Shown piece after piece: positions 29,335-42,900 of a DNA stretch of 64,000 nucleotides. This stretch comes from Octopus vulgaris (lineage: Eukaryota). A program made the position numbers and the translations under genes. The notes under the pieces are model-generated. The model was given only the letters and a program-made list of their open reading frames with translations, ran no database searches and was not told the origin of the DNA. Within the stretch, counting starts at the first letter, position 1; the number at the start of each line of letters is the position of its first letter. The DNA lies in contig OX597815.1 of NCBI GenBank assembly GCA_951406725.2, positions 138,198,001 through 138,262,000 of the forward strand, read 5' to 3'.

Positions 29335-30202
29335 TACATAAAAACGTTTTGTAGTGTGCCAACAGATGGTAGCACCCGGTTTTGTATGCAGTGAAAGCTA
29401 GCAATGGCCATCATGAGGTAATTTGCCGAGTGACATCGATCTGTTTACTCTGCAAGTTCTGAAATTTGTGTTTTTGTGATTACGTGTATGCTGTAGTCTG
29501 CGTTTTTTGTCATGGACAGGAAATGTTGTGTAAAACTATTCGGGACGTCTGTTACAGAGACATTGAACATGCTTCGGCAATCTTATGTCGACGAGGCAAT
29601 GGGTCGTATGCAATGTTTTAAGTGGAACGGGCGCTACAAAAGCGGAAGTACGTTCCTGGAAGACGACGAGCGATCTGGAAGACGTGCCACGAGTGTCATC
29701 CCGAAAATGTGGAGAAAATTCATCAGCTTGTGCATTAGGATCGTTGGAGGATTACCAACGACATTGCTGATATTGTTAGCCTGTCGTATGGGTCCGTGCG
29801 GGTAATCCTAATGTTCGGATTCTTCACAACAACAATGCAACTTGTCACCAAGCTCTCCTCACTCGTGAATTTCTCGTCAAAACCAACATGGTATCGCTTC
29901 CACAACTCACCCTATTCGCCAGATTTAGCACCTGCGGACTTCCATCTCTTCCCTAAGATGAAAATGTAGCGCAAAAGGTCGATGTTTTAACACCGTTGTC
30001 GAGTCCAAAAGCGAATCACAGAAGGTCCTCGACTTACATACAGAATACGATTTCCAGGCTCGATTCCAAAAATGGTTGGAACGCTGGGACCAGTGTATTG
30101 CTGCACAGGTTGACTATTTCAAAGGAGATGATGTTAAAACTTAGGTACATAAGTTATTTTTTATTAAACATAACTAGTTCGAGACCTCATAAATGCACCT
30201 GT
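29335..30202 (+). mobile_element. Internally deleted mariner element (second family)
   Basis: HTH region ETLNMLRQSY...CFKWNGRYKSG..LEDDERSGR joined almost directly to LHNNNA..H and PYSPDLAPADFHLFPKMK; central DDE part missing; left TIR not clear. Confidence 0.85.
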
Positions 30203-30699
30203 ATTAGCTAAAATTTATATTGAGTGAATATAAATTGCACATATGCACATGTATCTGCTACAAACATACACACATATACACACACACATACAGCACCCAT
30301 GTTCATACACACATATCTCTCAGAGAGTGGGAGAGAGAGAAATGGAAAAAGATAAGAGATAGAAAGATATTAATATTAGTATTTAAATATAGTTTATTAT
30401 TCACATTGCTTGTTAGTAAAGATTACAGACGCTATTAAAGAGAAACAATAATTCACATATTTTTCTTGATAGGTGAAAATTGATATAAAATTGAAGATAA
30501 GTTATTTGCACTTATAAGTTTCTTTTCATGTATTTCCAAATATAGGCTGCTTTTGTCATGTGAGCATAACCTCGTTCATTTAAATGGTATAATGCACTTT
30601 TTATCAAAGATTTTGACCAATAGTTTCAAGTTGATTTTATTTGATTGTAATGAGTACAACAAATAACGGTTTAGAGTGCTGAAGAACAGCGAAAGCGAT

Positions 30700-30700
<1 letters not shown>

Positions 30701-30790
<90 letters not shown>
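30701..30790. repeat. (CA)n(TC)n microsatellite
   Basis: Direct reading. Confidence 0.97.
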
Positions 30791-31198
30791 ACACAAAAGT
30801 AAGCACATAAATGCAAAACAAGATGGAAAACATAGTACTCAAATATGAAGGGAGAGTAATATGCACTTTTATTAAAGCTGCAGGAAACAACAAATTCAGT
30901 TTCGCGTTTCCATCACAACTGGAAACGCTAACGGGAACGTGAAACTCTGAGTAACAGTTTTTTGTGATGCTTTTTTGCAGCTTTAATAAAAAAGTATATA
31001 TATATATATATATATATATGTTGTGAGAATTTACAAAGAAACAAAAGACGAAGACGAGTGTGTAAATAACAAACCGACGTATTAGTTTAACGCTGGGGAA
31101 ATGAGAAAGTCTTTTACGTTTAGAGCCTACGCTCTTCGACAGTAAGAAACACAGAAATAAACAGGGGGAGAAAATAACAAAAGGGTTAGTGGCTAACG

Positions 31199-31599
<401 letters not shown>

Positions 31600-33141
31600 G
31601 ATGCTGAAAAACTAACAGAAATCTAAACACTATCTAGTCACTGGCTCAAGGCTCTCAGTTTATCTAATCTTCATTAAACCGAACGTATACGAGTAATATT
31701 GTCAGCTTTTGAAAACCGACTACGACGAGCTGACAGTCTCAGGATGTAACGACGTGCCATGATAGCTAAGCAAAGCTTTTATAGATAGGGAAATGGAAAT
31801 AATTTCGATTCCTGTTTTATTGCACTCATTTAATCATAGCCTGTGAATTTTTTAAACTCCACCAAACAATAATCTTTAATTCATTCATTATCCTTTTACC
31901 TCATACCTTTACTCATACTAATTTTCGAATGAATTATATAGTAAGTTAATTTTAAAAAATATCTGCGAAACGAATTAAAATAAACGTTCGAAAACTGAAC
32001 GGGGAAACATTTTTATTTTTGAACATAGTGAAATTTCAAGCATCAGTGATAATCAAAACTACATATGAAAATGGGTTTAGAAACTGACATATGTTATGAA
32101 GTAAACTTTGTATAAAAATACCCGCTTGCTGACATGATCATCTTCATTAAAAATAATTCATAACATTTCATATTTTTCATTTCGCACATTTCAAAATTAT
32201 AGGGGATATGGAATATTATGGTGTTCAAGAGTTTTAAAGTGAATTAATAGAGAAAAGGTAATGTGATGAGTTTAATTAGCAGTCGAATTTGAGTAGAAGT
32301 CTTGCTGATCATCATGTTAATATTAAATTATTCTAAATTGTAAAGTGGCTTGAAAGTAGCTAGAAGAAAACGTCTGTCAAGAGCTTTATCTTGCCGTTAA
32401 AATCAGATGTTAAAATAAAAGCTCTCTACTGGATTTGAAGTTCAGAACAGTATATCAGAGGAATAAATAATTTTAGGAAAAAGTTTTAATAATTTTGCAA
32501 CCAGAACATTTTTGCTTTATTCAATTTTCTAAAAATATTTCTAATATTTACTATAAATTGACGGCTAAATTGTCATATTTGTCACAGAAATATCATTCTA
32601 TTCTCTGCAAACTTTAGGAGATATATTATAGGAACAGATCCATAAAGAAAGAAAATTGAAATACATTGTATTGACAAAATAGAAGAAATTGAAGTTAATT
32701 GAAGAATATTTCAACTCCGAAAATAATTCTTAATGCCATACAGAGTATTATCTATAACATATGTTAAGTATGAAGACTGCACGTTTGAAATTTCAATTTA
32801 TATACTCAAATAGTTAAGAGGTCTGAGGAGGATTTTACTGATAACAATTAAAAAGTACTTAATTATGTGTATAATTACTGAATATAGAATAAATAGATGC
32901 AGGGTTAAGTCCAGAATGCATATAAAGGAATAGAAACTAAACATTTAGAAAGCGAAGGGAAATTTCGGAATTATTTTATACCATATAAATATGGTTTTGA
33001 AAATATAAGATTTCAGTTTAAAATTAAATTGCTTTTAAGAATGAAGCATTCAAAGGATAGCTAATATCGGAAACATTATAGAACCTGTAAATTTCAGAGA
33101 AGGTTATCAAAAGAAAATGAAGTAATTATATATATATATGT

Positions 33142-33368
33142 ACGAGGCTGGGGGCTGAGAGGTTCCTGGCTTTAGGTAATAGAAAATGCAAGCGGATGGT
33201 CAATTATAATTTTATTCAACATATTACCCTCTCAGACTCACACACATATTGCACTAGTCCTTTAGTTCTTCAGTTTTTCTGAGCCCTGTCAAATAATTCG
33301 GAATTTTGGGCCTCCAAAGAAGCTTTCGTGATACTCTTAAAGACAAGAACTTTGCAGTACTTCCTCGT
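33142..33368. mobile_element. Mariner-type MITE
   Basis: Imperfect TIRs cgagg..ggggctgagaggttcctggcttt vs aaagacaagaactttgcagtacttcctcg; left end preceded by TA. Confidence 0.6.
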
Positions 33369-33399
33369 GTTGGGTATAAAACAAAGATAAAACCTACTT

Positions 33400-33762
33400 G
33401 GGTATAAAACAAAGATAAAACATACTGCAGTATACTGAAATCTGGTTAAGCTGCGTCTTTAAGGGGCCCATAATCGGCGTCGAAAATATATTTTAGTCAA
33501 CAGCAATTCGAGGAGCCTGATTAATGTTTGTGGCGAATTTAGAGGAAAGCGACTGGATACTCTGCCTTAACGCAGCGAAAATGCTTTTAAAATGCGGTTT
33601 ATCTGTCCCTGGACCCGAATTAGGCAAGAAGTTGAAAATTTTGTTGACCCATGACACTCCATGGTTCCTGTGTAATGCATGTATAAAATTTCATTAAAAT
33701 CGGCTGGGTGGATCTCGATAAGCACACAGACAGACACACATCCCGTGTTTTATATATATAGA
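33400..33762 (+). mobile_element. Non-autonomous Helitron/Helentron-like element
   Basis: aaatttcattaaaatcgg followed by cagacagaca and a ttttatatatataga end, a layout typical of such elements; family call is an inference. Confidence 0.45.
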
Positions 33763-33807
33763 CATCTAAGATTTCATCTCCGCACAGTTGTTGATTGTTA
33801 GCGTATA

Positions 33808-34040
33808 TTTATCTTTTATCTTTTACTTGTTTCAGTCATTAGACTGGGGCCATGCGGGGTTACCGCCTTGAAAAATTTTTCGTCGAATATCTCGACTTCA
33901 ATACTTATCTTTCTTTAAAAGCCTGGTACTTTCTCTATCGGTCTCTTTTGCCGAACCGCTAATTTACAGTGACATTAACACACCTATACAGGTTGTTAAG
34001 TGGTAGTAGGGCACAAATACAGATACAAATACAAACACTT

Positions 34041-34071
<31 letters not shown>

Positions 34072-34226
34072 CGACGAGCTTCTTTCAGTTTCCGTCTACC
34101 AAATCCACTCACGCGACTTTGGTCTGCTATAGATGAAGACACTTGCCCAAGGTACCACGCAGTGGGACTGAACCGCGAACCATGTGATTGAGAAGCAAGC
34201 TTCTTACCAGACAGCCACGCCTGCTC
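33808..34226 (-). mobile_element. SINE family B
   Basis: Reverse complement of the 15123 and 55092 copies. Confidence 0.88.
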
Positions 34227-34429
34227 ATTTAATTTTGCTGAACTATCTCAAAGTTAGCTGACGTCTTTTGGGAAACGTACTCTTTTATATATTGTGTATT
34301 GTAAATATCAATAAAGTCTTTCCTTGATACATGATTTTGGGTAATATATGACTGGTAATAGCTTAGAAACACAAAGAGTACAATCAGATTCATTAAAGAT
34401 ATAACTCTCAACATAATGTGAACAAGAGA

Positions 34430-35430
34430 AAGGACTTGTTAGATTTAAGCTCACAGGTTTGGCCTCACATCGGCCTCAAAGAAAAGAAGATGTACAGTTG
34501 TCATCACGCAAATGCTAACAATAGAATATATAGAATTTCTGGTTGGTTGTCAGAATCTTAAGGACTTTGATAATGTGATATCTGCCGAAAGAAAAACTGT
34601 GTAACCTTCTTTGGAACTTGATGGATATTTTTTATCTTACTCGAGATCCGTTTTTCTGAAAGATGTTGAATGCAGATAATCTAAATGATGATAATATAAA
34701 GAGAGAGTCTGGAGTTGGTATGGCAGTTAAATAATCGTTAGTCCCATATCCTAGGAGACTAATTTCTGGTTTAAATGATAAACTTATATATAGACATCAG
34801 TCTATTCTTTATAGTCGGTCAGTGACTTTCATCTGTGCCTACGCATCAACAGTGAATGGTTGTGATCAAGGCAAACATCTTTTAAAGATCTATTCAGAAA
34901 ATTACAGTTTGAAATAAAGTAATGATTCTTGGGAACTTCAATGCATGAGCTGGAAAAGATAATCTATGAAATTGCAGAGGACATAACAGGATGAATTAAC
35001 TAAAGTTAAACTCTAGTAGTTTGTATTTGCTACAAATCTCAAGAGAAACGAACTTGACTTTGTAATACTTTGAACATAAAACGATTCACAAAGAAACTTG
35101 TATGCACTCAGGTTCAAAGAAATTCCACATGATTGATTATGTTTAACTCAAAGAAAATATTTGAATTATGTGAGAGATTCGGATTTTGAGAGGTGCAAAT
35201 ATACAAATATACACGGATCATAATCTTATATGAACTAAACTGCAATTCAAAGTACAATCACAATTAGAAAACAGTGTTTTCAATACGTAAAAGGTTTTGA
35301 TGTTTCTAAGCCCAAGAAAAAGTCTATCAGATAAGAGTTAACGCAAAGCTTTTATCCTTTGGAAAATACTACTATGTGTGATGTCAAAACATTTTACCAA
35401 ATTTCCAACGAAGTATAAGGGCTAAAAAAA
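34430..35430 (+). mobile_element. Decayed RTE-clade LINE endonuclease region
   Basis: Ordered remnants NLRTL, SGVGMAV, ICAYAST, MILGNFNA, HKETCMHSGSKKFHMIDYV, TDHNL match RTE/BovB-type APE motifs. Confidence 0.75.
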
Positions 35431-36339
35431 TCATCGATAAAGAGAAACGCATGCGTATGTGTACAACCACTTTGCAGCATACAAGATTCATTTATCCATG
35501 TCTAAAGCCATTTCTTTTGCACTGTCACTGTAACTGTCCGAATCCTCAAGACATCCAAGCAAAATCCGTATCGACTGGGTAACTTGGAAGAAACTCATGA
35601 TGAACAGCATCTTTCCCATCAAATAAGTAAACCAAAAGTAGCTTCGCATTTGAGCGACAGCAAGGTGCTTTTTTTATTGCTAGCAGCACCTTTTATTTTG
35701 ACATCATAGCCATACAACTACGTTTCGTCAATTGTTATAACACTTCTCTACATTAGAAAAATCAAGCATCTCCTTACTGACTGCTATTCAGTTCTTATTT
35801 TGCTTATTTGCCATCAAATGGGGTAGACTCTTTTCGGCGACAGGATGTTCAGCTTTTTATCATGCGGCGCTAACTTTTAGAGATGCCTTCTTCAGATACT
35901 TCTCAGACAAATATATTTCATAGAGTTTAGTATGCATTTTCGCAATGTGATTTTCGTTTATTATTGTGGGTGGCTATACAGATTTGGGATTCAGTAGAAA
36001 TTCTTTCCGATTTGAAACATTGATACCACTCTTAAAATTACATACGGTTCAAACAATTTTCCCTATTGAAAGTTACCGCATATATTTTTCTCAGATTGAA
36101 ATACACTTTCACACACAAACATGTTGCTCTTTTAATTCCTTCTTTAATTAAATTTGTGATACGTAACCAAATGCACTCTATATTCATTCGTTCTGGCATG
36201 TTTTGATCGATGACTAACTGATGTGATGTGATGTTGCTGTCACACATATGTAACAAGACAGTTGCAAGAAGTTTACTCTGGTTGGCTGGCGCATCGTTAA
36301 AAATTCGTTTACTTTTTAAAACCTCACCTCTAACGCTAG

Positions 36340-37730
36340 TGGATCTATAACAAATTTGAATGTTTCTTTTAATATTTCGTGTCTTTGTTTATCAATTAAG
36401 ATACACTTTGTGTCTGCTGTGTAGTCTTTAGGAAGTTTGACTAGTAATATTTTTTAATTTTGTGATTTTCTTTTCTATGGATGTAATTTTTTGTATGCCA
36501 TTAGGTATGCTATGTGTTTTGGCAGGGTTTTACTGTGTTGTGTGTTTGCATGTGAGTGCTTAGTGGAAGATTCTGGGCAGTTTTGTTGAGGGGATGATAG
36601 CATTGATGTATATTGTGTGGGTGCGTTGTTCTCTAGGGTTGTCTGTATTTCGTTTGTCTGGTGTGTGTAACTTTTCTTTTTTTGCATTGTTGTGTGCTTT
36701 TTGGTGGTGCAGTGTTCCGTTCTCTTTTCCTTGTTACTTGAATGTAGTCCTCTTTGGAATCTTCTTGGTATGTTCGTTTTGAATCCGTCGCTTCTTGGGT
36801 CATTTCTGTTACCTTCGCGGTGCTCTCTTTGGCTCTCAGTTTCGTTCTTCCGATCTTCTTGTTCATTTTGGGGGCACCTCCTTTTAATGTGTCCCTCCTG
36901 GCCGCAATAATAGCTGGTGTGAGGTCTCCCTTCCACTGTCACTGTTAATTTCATATCGTCCGGCAACTCGATAATTTCAGGGACCTCGTTTAGGTCTGTT
37001 TGGATGGCCTGGATAATTAATTCCAGGCCATAACCCCAACATTTCAGTTGTTGTGTTCGAGTTGCCTGCCAATCCCAACCCTAGAGATTCGTTTTCCCAA
37101 GTAGGTTGGCAGGAGCAGCCATTCTTCAGTCCTAATTGGTACAGTGGAGCGCTTAAATTCCTCCTCTTCGGAGGCAAGTCTTACCTCTACTGTACCGAAT
37201 CTCCTCCCTCTGGTGTGGAAGATGTCGTCTCTTATTGTGACCAAGCATTTTTCAATAGCATCCTCCGGTGCCATTTCGATTTTTTTCGGTAAATACAATA
37301 TCCTGTACATCACCGTTCTTCTCACTTTTCTGGTTGTTTCCTCGGTGTGTGTGTGGGTGTGGTGGGGCATCTTTACGCTAAACTCCTCCCTTTCTGTAAT
37401 TTGCATGTATTCACATAATGCTTCCCGGTCAATGATAACTTCTAATATAACTAAATAACTATTTGCATTTCCAACTGTTTCACTGTTTTCGTCATGTTCT
37501 CATTTCCAGCTACAGACGCGTAACTTCCAGCTCGTGTTTCTTCGGGCTCTACGTCCATTTCAGGCATACTTTTTCCCGTCCTAAATGGGGTGGGGGAATA
37601 CAAAAAAAAACGCAAGCTTGCTGAACAAGCTATGTGTTCTCAACAACCAATTTCAACAGTTCGCAATTCTGGGCAGAAGCCTTCAAACAAAATAGCAAAC
37701 TAGGAGCCAGCTGCTACATGGAACTTACTG
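36340..37730 (-). mobile_element. L1/Tx1-like ORF1 remnant with CCHC zinc knuckle, no ORF2
   Basis: ORFs 37044-37406 (RRFGTVEVRL, LLPTYLGKR) and 36475-36966 (VTVEGRP..SYYCGQEGHIKRRCP) look like frameshifted parts of one gag-like ORF1. Confidence 0.65.
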
Positions 37731-37829
37731 AGGCTGCTACTATATTTATATGTATCTAGTGGTTCAGTCCATTCTCGCCAGGGGGCATCGTACTCTCGCA
37801 CAACGCATACTCTTCTCAGGCTATTCACT

Positions 37830-38371
37830 AGGGTAAGCTGAAAAGTTCACAGGCCGATTATGACGGAGCGGTGCTAGAGCTGTGAAATCTTGTATGCATT
37901 AATTTAAACTCTTCTTACTACTAAGAACTGCACCTTCAATGGAGACTAATATGTCAACCTGCTGAGGGAGTTACGAAAGGTTATCAAAACTCAACGGCCG
38001 GGAAAACTGACGAAAGAGGTCTTGTTTGATCAGGGCAATGTTCCAACACACAAGCCGTTTGCTTCAAATGTCACTTTGAACTGGTCTCACTATTCTCTTG
38101 ATTTGGCCCCATCTGACTATCATTTATCCCCCAGCATGAAAAAAAAACACTTGGCTTGGAACCAGTATCGCAGTGATGGTGACGCCACATCTGGTGTTGA
38201 TGACTTTTTTGATCAACAGATTGGAAGTTTCTTCACCAGTGGGACCCGAGCACTGCAACACTGACGGAAGAAGTATGTGGACCGCAAGGAGGACTATATT
38301 GAAAAATAAATTTTATTTGGTCATATTCCATGAGAGTATCTTGGTCAGCCTATGAACTTTTTAGCCGACCT
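37830..38371 (+). mobile_element. Deletion derivative of the 14962 mariner family
   Basis: Same TIRs (gggtaagctgaaaagttcacaggccga / ggtcagcctatgaactttttagccgacc); retains YSLDLAPSDYHL. Confidence 0.85.
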
Positions 38372-39000
38372 TTCAGCTGGTAAGTTACAAAGCTCAAATA
38401 ATTTAATTCTCAATGATACTTTTGTATTTCTGATATGATATTTGGATGACTGTAAAAGTTTCGCATCCAATGATAAAGATCTTTAAAATCTTATTGATAA
38501 AATTTTATTGGTAAGTAAAATGTTAGCCACCTCCGCACATCAAATTTTAATCTAGATAAATATGCGTTCTGTCTGTTTTCTTGTTTGGCTGTGAACCATG
38601 GGCATTTTAAAACTAATTATTAAATTAAGTATAACACATATATTCATTCTTAATAAGTTTTGACAGAGTCGAACGTGAATATCTGATTACTTTGTTTTTC
38701 GCCACTGATCCATCGCGTTATTTTGATCTCGTTATGTGTCTCCTCACTCAAAGATAGACTACTGGACTGATGAATCTCAGAACGAGCTTTTGATTATAGG
38801 GACCAAGCAAACAAAATATATCCTATGTTTTGCTGATGTCTGCGAACTGGTGAACTACATGTTATGAACACACAACGCCGAACTGGGAAGAGTTATTCGC
38901 CGGTGGTGAGAAAGAGAGGAGTTCAGATATTCACGATCGAATGAAGAGATACGATATTCGCTGTTTTGTGTGCAGCCCATAAGTTATCTGTTTACAGTGA

Positions 39001-39318
39001 AGGTACATGGCTTAGTAGTCAGGGTATTTGGCTCGCGATCGTAAGGTTGAGAGCTCGATTTCCGGCAGCGCGTTGTGTCCTTGAGCAAGGCTCGTTATTT
39101 TACGTTGCTCCAATTTACTCAACTCACAAAAATGTGTAGTACTGTATTTCAAAGGACCAGCATTGTTACATTCTGTGTCACGCTGAATCTCCCCGAGAAC
39201 CACGTTAAAGGTGCGCGCGTGTTTGGCGTGCTTAGCTGCTTGTGCGTTAATTTCATGATTAGGCTGTTCCATTGATTGGATCAAGTGGAAGTGTGTCGTC
39301 GTAATCGACGGAATACCA
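39001..39318 (+). mobile_element. SINE with family C-like head
   Basis: tggcttagtagtcagggt...gatcgtaaggttgagagctcgatttcc...gttgtgtccttgagcaag; different 3' body from the 18132 copy. Confidence 0.75.
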
Positions 39319-39764
39319 GTTTAAAACCTGTTTAGTCGACATTTGCAAGTAATTTGGTTGCTGATTCCTATAAACAAGAGCTGGTGTCTTGTGAGACCCA
39401 TCTGTCTGGAGGAGAAACTTCAATTGAGGTGAAATACAAAGAGGTCCAAACAACCGAGCATCTCTAAGCGCCTTTATACCCGTGAATCATGTGTGTTATC
39501 ACCACACATCATTTAAAGGGAGGAGGTGTTCTCTGGTGGCAAAATACCCTCGATAAAACAAATGATCAGATGTTCGTGTTTGAATTTGTCAGAACGCATT
39601 AAGAATGAATAGGTGTGTAATCGTTTGGATTCTCGCTGTTCTGCATGCAGACCATGAATCGTAACCATTATATTGATAATATATTAAGTAGCCGGAGAGT
39701 TTTTCATTAAAAGGGCTTTTGACTAGGTTTGCATTTTTCTTGTAATGTTGCAGTTTTGGAATTT

Positions 39765-39896
39765 GTATGTATGTATGTATGTATGTATGTATGTATGTAT
39801 GTATGTATGTATGTATGTATGTATGTATGTATGTATGTATGCATGCATGTATGTATGTATACATGTATGTATGTATATATATATATATATATATAT
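39765..39896. repeat. (TATG)n(TA)n microsatellite (LINE insertion site)
   Basis: Direct reading. Confidence 0.97.
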
Positions 39897-39995
39897 ACTT
39901 TGATACTTTGATACTTTGATACTTTGATAGGTTTCGGCCATTATTGGCCCAGGCCATGTCTAACTTAATAGCACCACCTGGTGAAGTCTTTCAAG

Positions 39996-42900
39996 TCAGA
40001 ATTTGGGCACTATGGCCCACTCAAGTAGAGAGTTATTGTTTACAGAGACATATCCGGGTGTAGGGGGTTTATCCGGGATTTCTTGAAGGAATCTGTCCAA
40101 AGACTTCTTGAACCCTATAGGGTCAGTTTCTGTTTTAATGTGTTTTGGTGTAATGTTAAAGAGAGCGGGGCCAATTGAGGTGAAATAATTGTGCCGTATT
40201 GTTGTTATGAGATGAGAGTGCGATTTTTGTTTTGGGCGGATGGCACGGGGCCCAAGCCTTGGATGTACCTTAAAGGTGATGCCAACATCATTTGGGCAAT
40301 GCTGATGGAATATTTTCCACATCATGCAGATGATGTAGCGCTCACGACGACGTTGGAGAGAATAGAGTTTTAGCTTTTCTAGTCGACCCCAATAGTCGAG
40401 GCCTGTCATGCCATCTATCTTTTTTGTGATTGCCCTTTGAGGTGCTTCGACTTTTTTGATACCTTGTATTGTGTGGGGAGACCACAGTGGACAACAGTAT
40501 TCAAGGTGGGGTCGGGCAAAAGTGGAGAAGAGAAGGATAATGGTGTGGATATCTCTCGACTGGAAAGTTCTGAGAATCCAGGAACACATTCTGCGGGCCA
40601 TGTCAACTTTGGTGTTTATATGAGTGGCCCAGCTTACGTTGTTGTCCACAATTACTCCCAAGTCTCTGATGTTGTTGGACGCCGCGAGAGTTTCACCTGA
40701 AGGAAGGGAGTATGGGAGTTTCAGGGCATCCTCTTTTCCAAAGTGGATTAGCTCAAATTTATCCTCGTTCAGCAGCATATTGTTTTTTTCTGCCCATTGG
40801 ATAACAGCCAGTAGATCTGACTGAAGGCATGTCCGGTCACTCGCCTCATTTATGACCTTCTGTATCTTGGAGTCATCTGCAAAGATTTTTATGTTGCTGT
40901 GCTTGATGATGTCATTAATGTCATTAATGTAAATGATGAAAAGAAGTGGGCCCAGCACAGTGCCTTGCGGAACGCCACTACTGACTTTGGCTGGGCTTGA
41001 TTTTACCCCTTCAACTACAACATGTTGAGATCTGTCTGTCAGGAAACACTTAATCCATTTCAGTAACTTTCCAGAGACACCAATGTTGGATAGTTTTTTC
41101 AATAGGATCTTGTGATCGACCCTGTCGAAGGCCTTACTGAAATCAAGGTAGATGACATCGGTGTTGGAGCCCTCTCCCAAAGCTCTCAAAATGTCCTCAA
41201 AGTGATGCAGGAGCTGCGTTAGGCAGTCCCTTCCATTACGGAACCCATGTTGGTTGGAGATCAGCCGTCTGTTGCTTTCCAGAAATTGGGTTATTTGAGA
41301 TCTCACCACCCTCTCAAATACCTTGATGATATGAGAGGTGAGTGAGATCGGACGGTAATTCACTGCAAGGGACTTGTTTCCCTTTTTGAAAACTGGGACA
41401 ACAGACTGGGACAGAAGGTTTTTTGGAATATAGCCAGCATCCAGTGAGTTTCTCCACAGATTAGCAAGGGGAGATGCAAGTTGGTGTCGACACACCTTCA
41501 GGACACAAGCAGGGAACCTATCGGGGCCTACTGCTGAATTGTGTTTTATTTCGTTTATCGCCGCTAAGACATCAGGGGCACTAAACGTTATGTCCGATAT
41601 AGTGTGTTGGGGGTTGACATCACTGATACAGCCCAGATCGGCCATATCAGGATTACTGAAAACAGAGCAGTATTGTTTCTGCAGTATCTCGGCCATGGAT
41701 TTGGCATTATCTTGGAGAGTGCCAGTTTCGTCAATTAGAGGGCCTACAGTGGAGACAGTGACCCTGCGTTTCCTCGCAAATGAAAAGAACACTTTGGGGT
41801 TGAGTTTGATTTTTTCAATGGCCCACTTCTCCTCAGCTGATCTTTGGTTATTGATGAGGGACTTCATGCATTGTTGGAGGTTATATTTTTTGGATTCAAG
41901 CAGTGCGATAGCCGTCGAATGTGTGTGTTGCTGTTGGCAGTACTTTAGTTTGTTAATTTTTTTGTTTGTTCTTTTTATTTTTCTGATAATGGTTTTTCTG
42001 TTTTGGGGGATTCTGCACTTTTTGTTCACAGGTCTTGGTGGGGAGTGTTTTGCACATATGTCTGTGACGGTGTCTACAAAGATCTGCCAAGATGTTTTAT
42101 GGTTGGTGGAGATGTGTGTATGTGTAAAGGACCAGTCAACATTTGATAGCTCGTTCCTGATTGCATCCCAGTTGGCTTTATGGAGATCCATGTTGTCAAA
42201 TGGGTGGGCTGGAGGAAGGTCACTAGGATTAGCTTTCGGCTGGTGGAATTTCATGTTACAGAGAACCATGTCATGGTCTGAAAGAAGGGTTTTTTCCACT
42301 GTAACGTTATGTATAGTGTTAGTGTGGTTACTAAACACTAGGTCCAAAATGTTCTGATGTCTTGTTGGTGCAAGGACAAGTTGGGACAAGAAAAACTCAT
42401 TCGTAAAGTCGAAAAGTGACTCTGCTGCTTCTTTGTCAGCGGTTGAGGCGGGAGTGCTTGGTTTCAAACAGTTTGTAGTCCAGTCAACACAGGGTAGATT
42501 GAAGTCTCCCATCATGAGTATGTTGCTAGAATGGCACTGTTGAATAAAGCACTTAATGCTGTTGAGGCATTCTTTAAAGCACAGTATGGGTGTTTGGGGC
42601 GGCCTATAGAGCCCAATTACTGTCAGATCATTGGCTTTGTTGTGCACGGTGACTGATTCACAGTAGCCGTTGGAGAATATACTATTTCCATCTGCCGTAA
42701 ATGAATCATGCAGGAAAATGGCAGTTCCACCCTTCCTCCTGCCGATACGATCCGCGCGGATGGTTGTGAAATTCTTCACTCTCACTTCGGCTTCCAAGTG
42801 GGAGTTGTCAAGGTGGGTCTCAGTGAGAATGAAGAAAGGGATGTGGTGTGAATGGTTACCAACCCAGTCTTCAATGAATTGGACCTTCCATTTTTGTGCA

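Noticed and set aside
33370-33425. 28-bp tandem duplication
   Set aside because: Simple local slippage or insertion scar at an element junction.
39897-39928. Short tandem repeats as a CRISPR array or telomere seed
   Set aside because: No spacers, eukaryotic context, and the repeats are explained as a CR1-type tail.
41539-42357. 272-aa plus-strand ORF and other antisense ORFs over the LINE
   Set aside because: Shadow of the intact minus-strand ORF2; no recognisable motifs.
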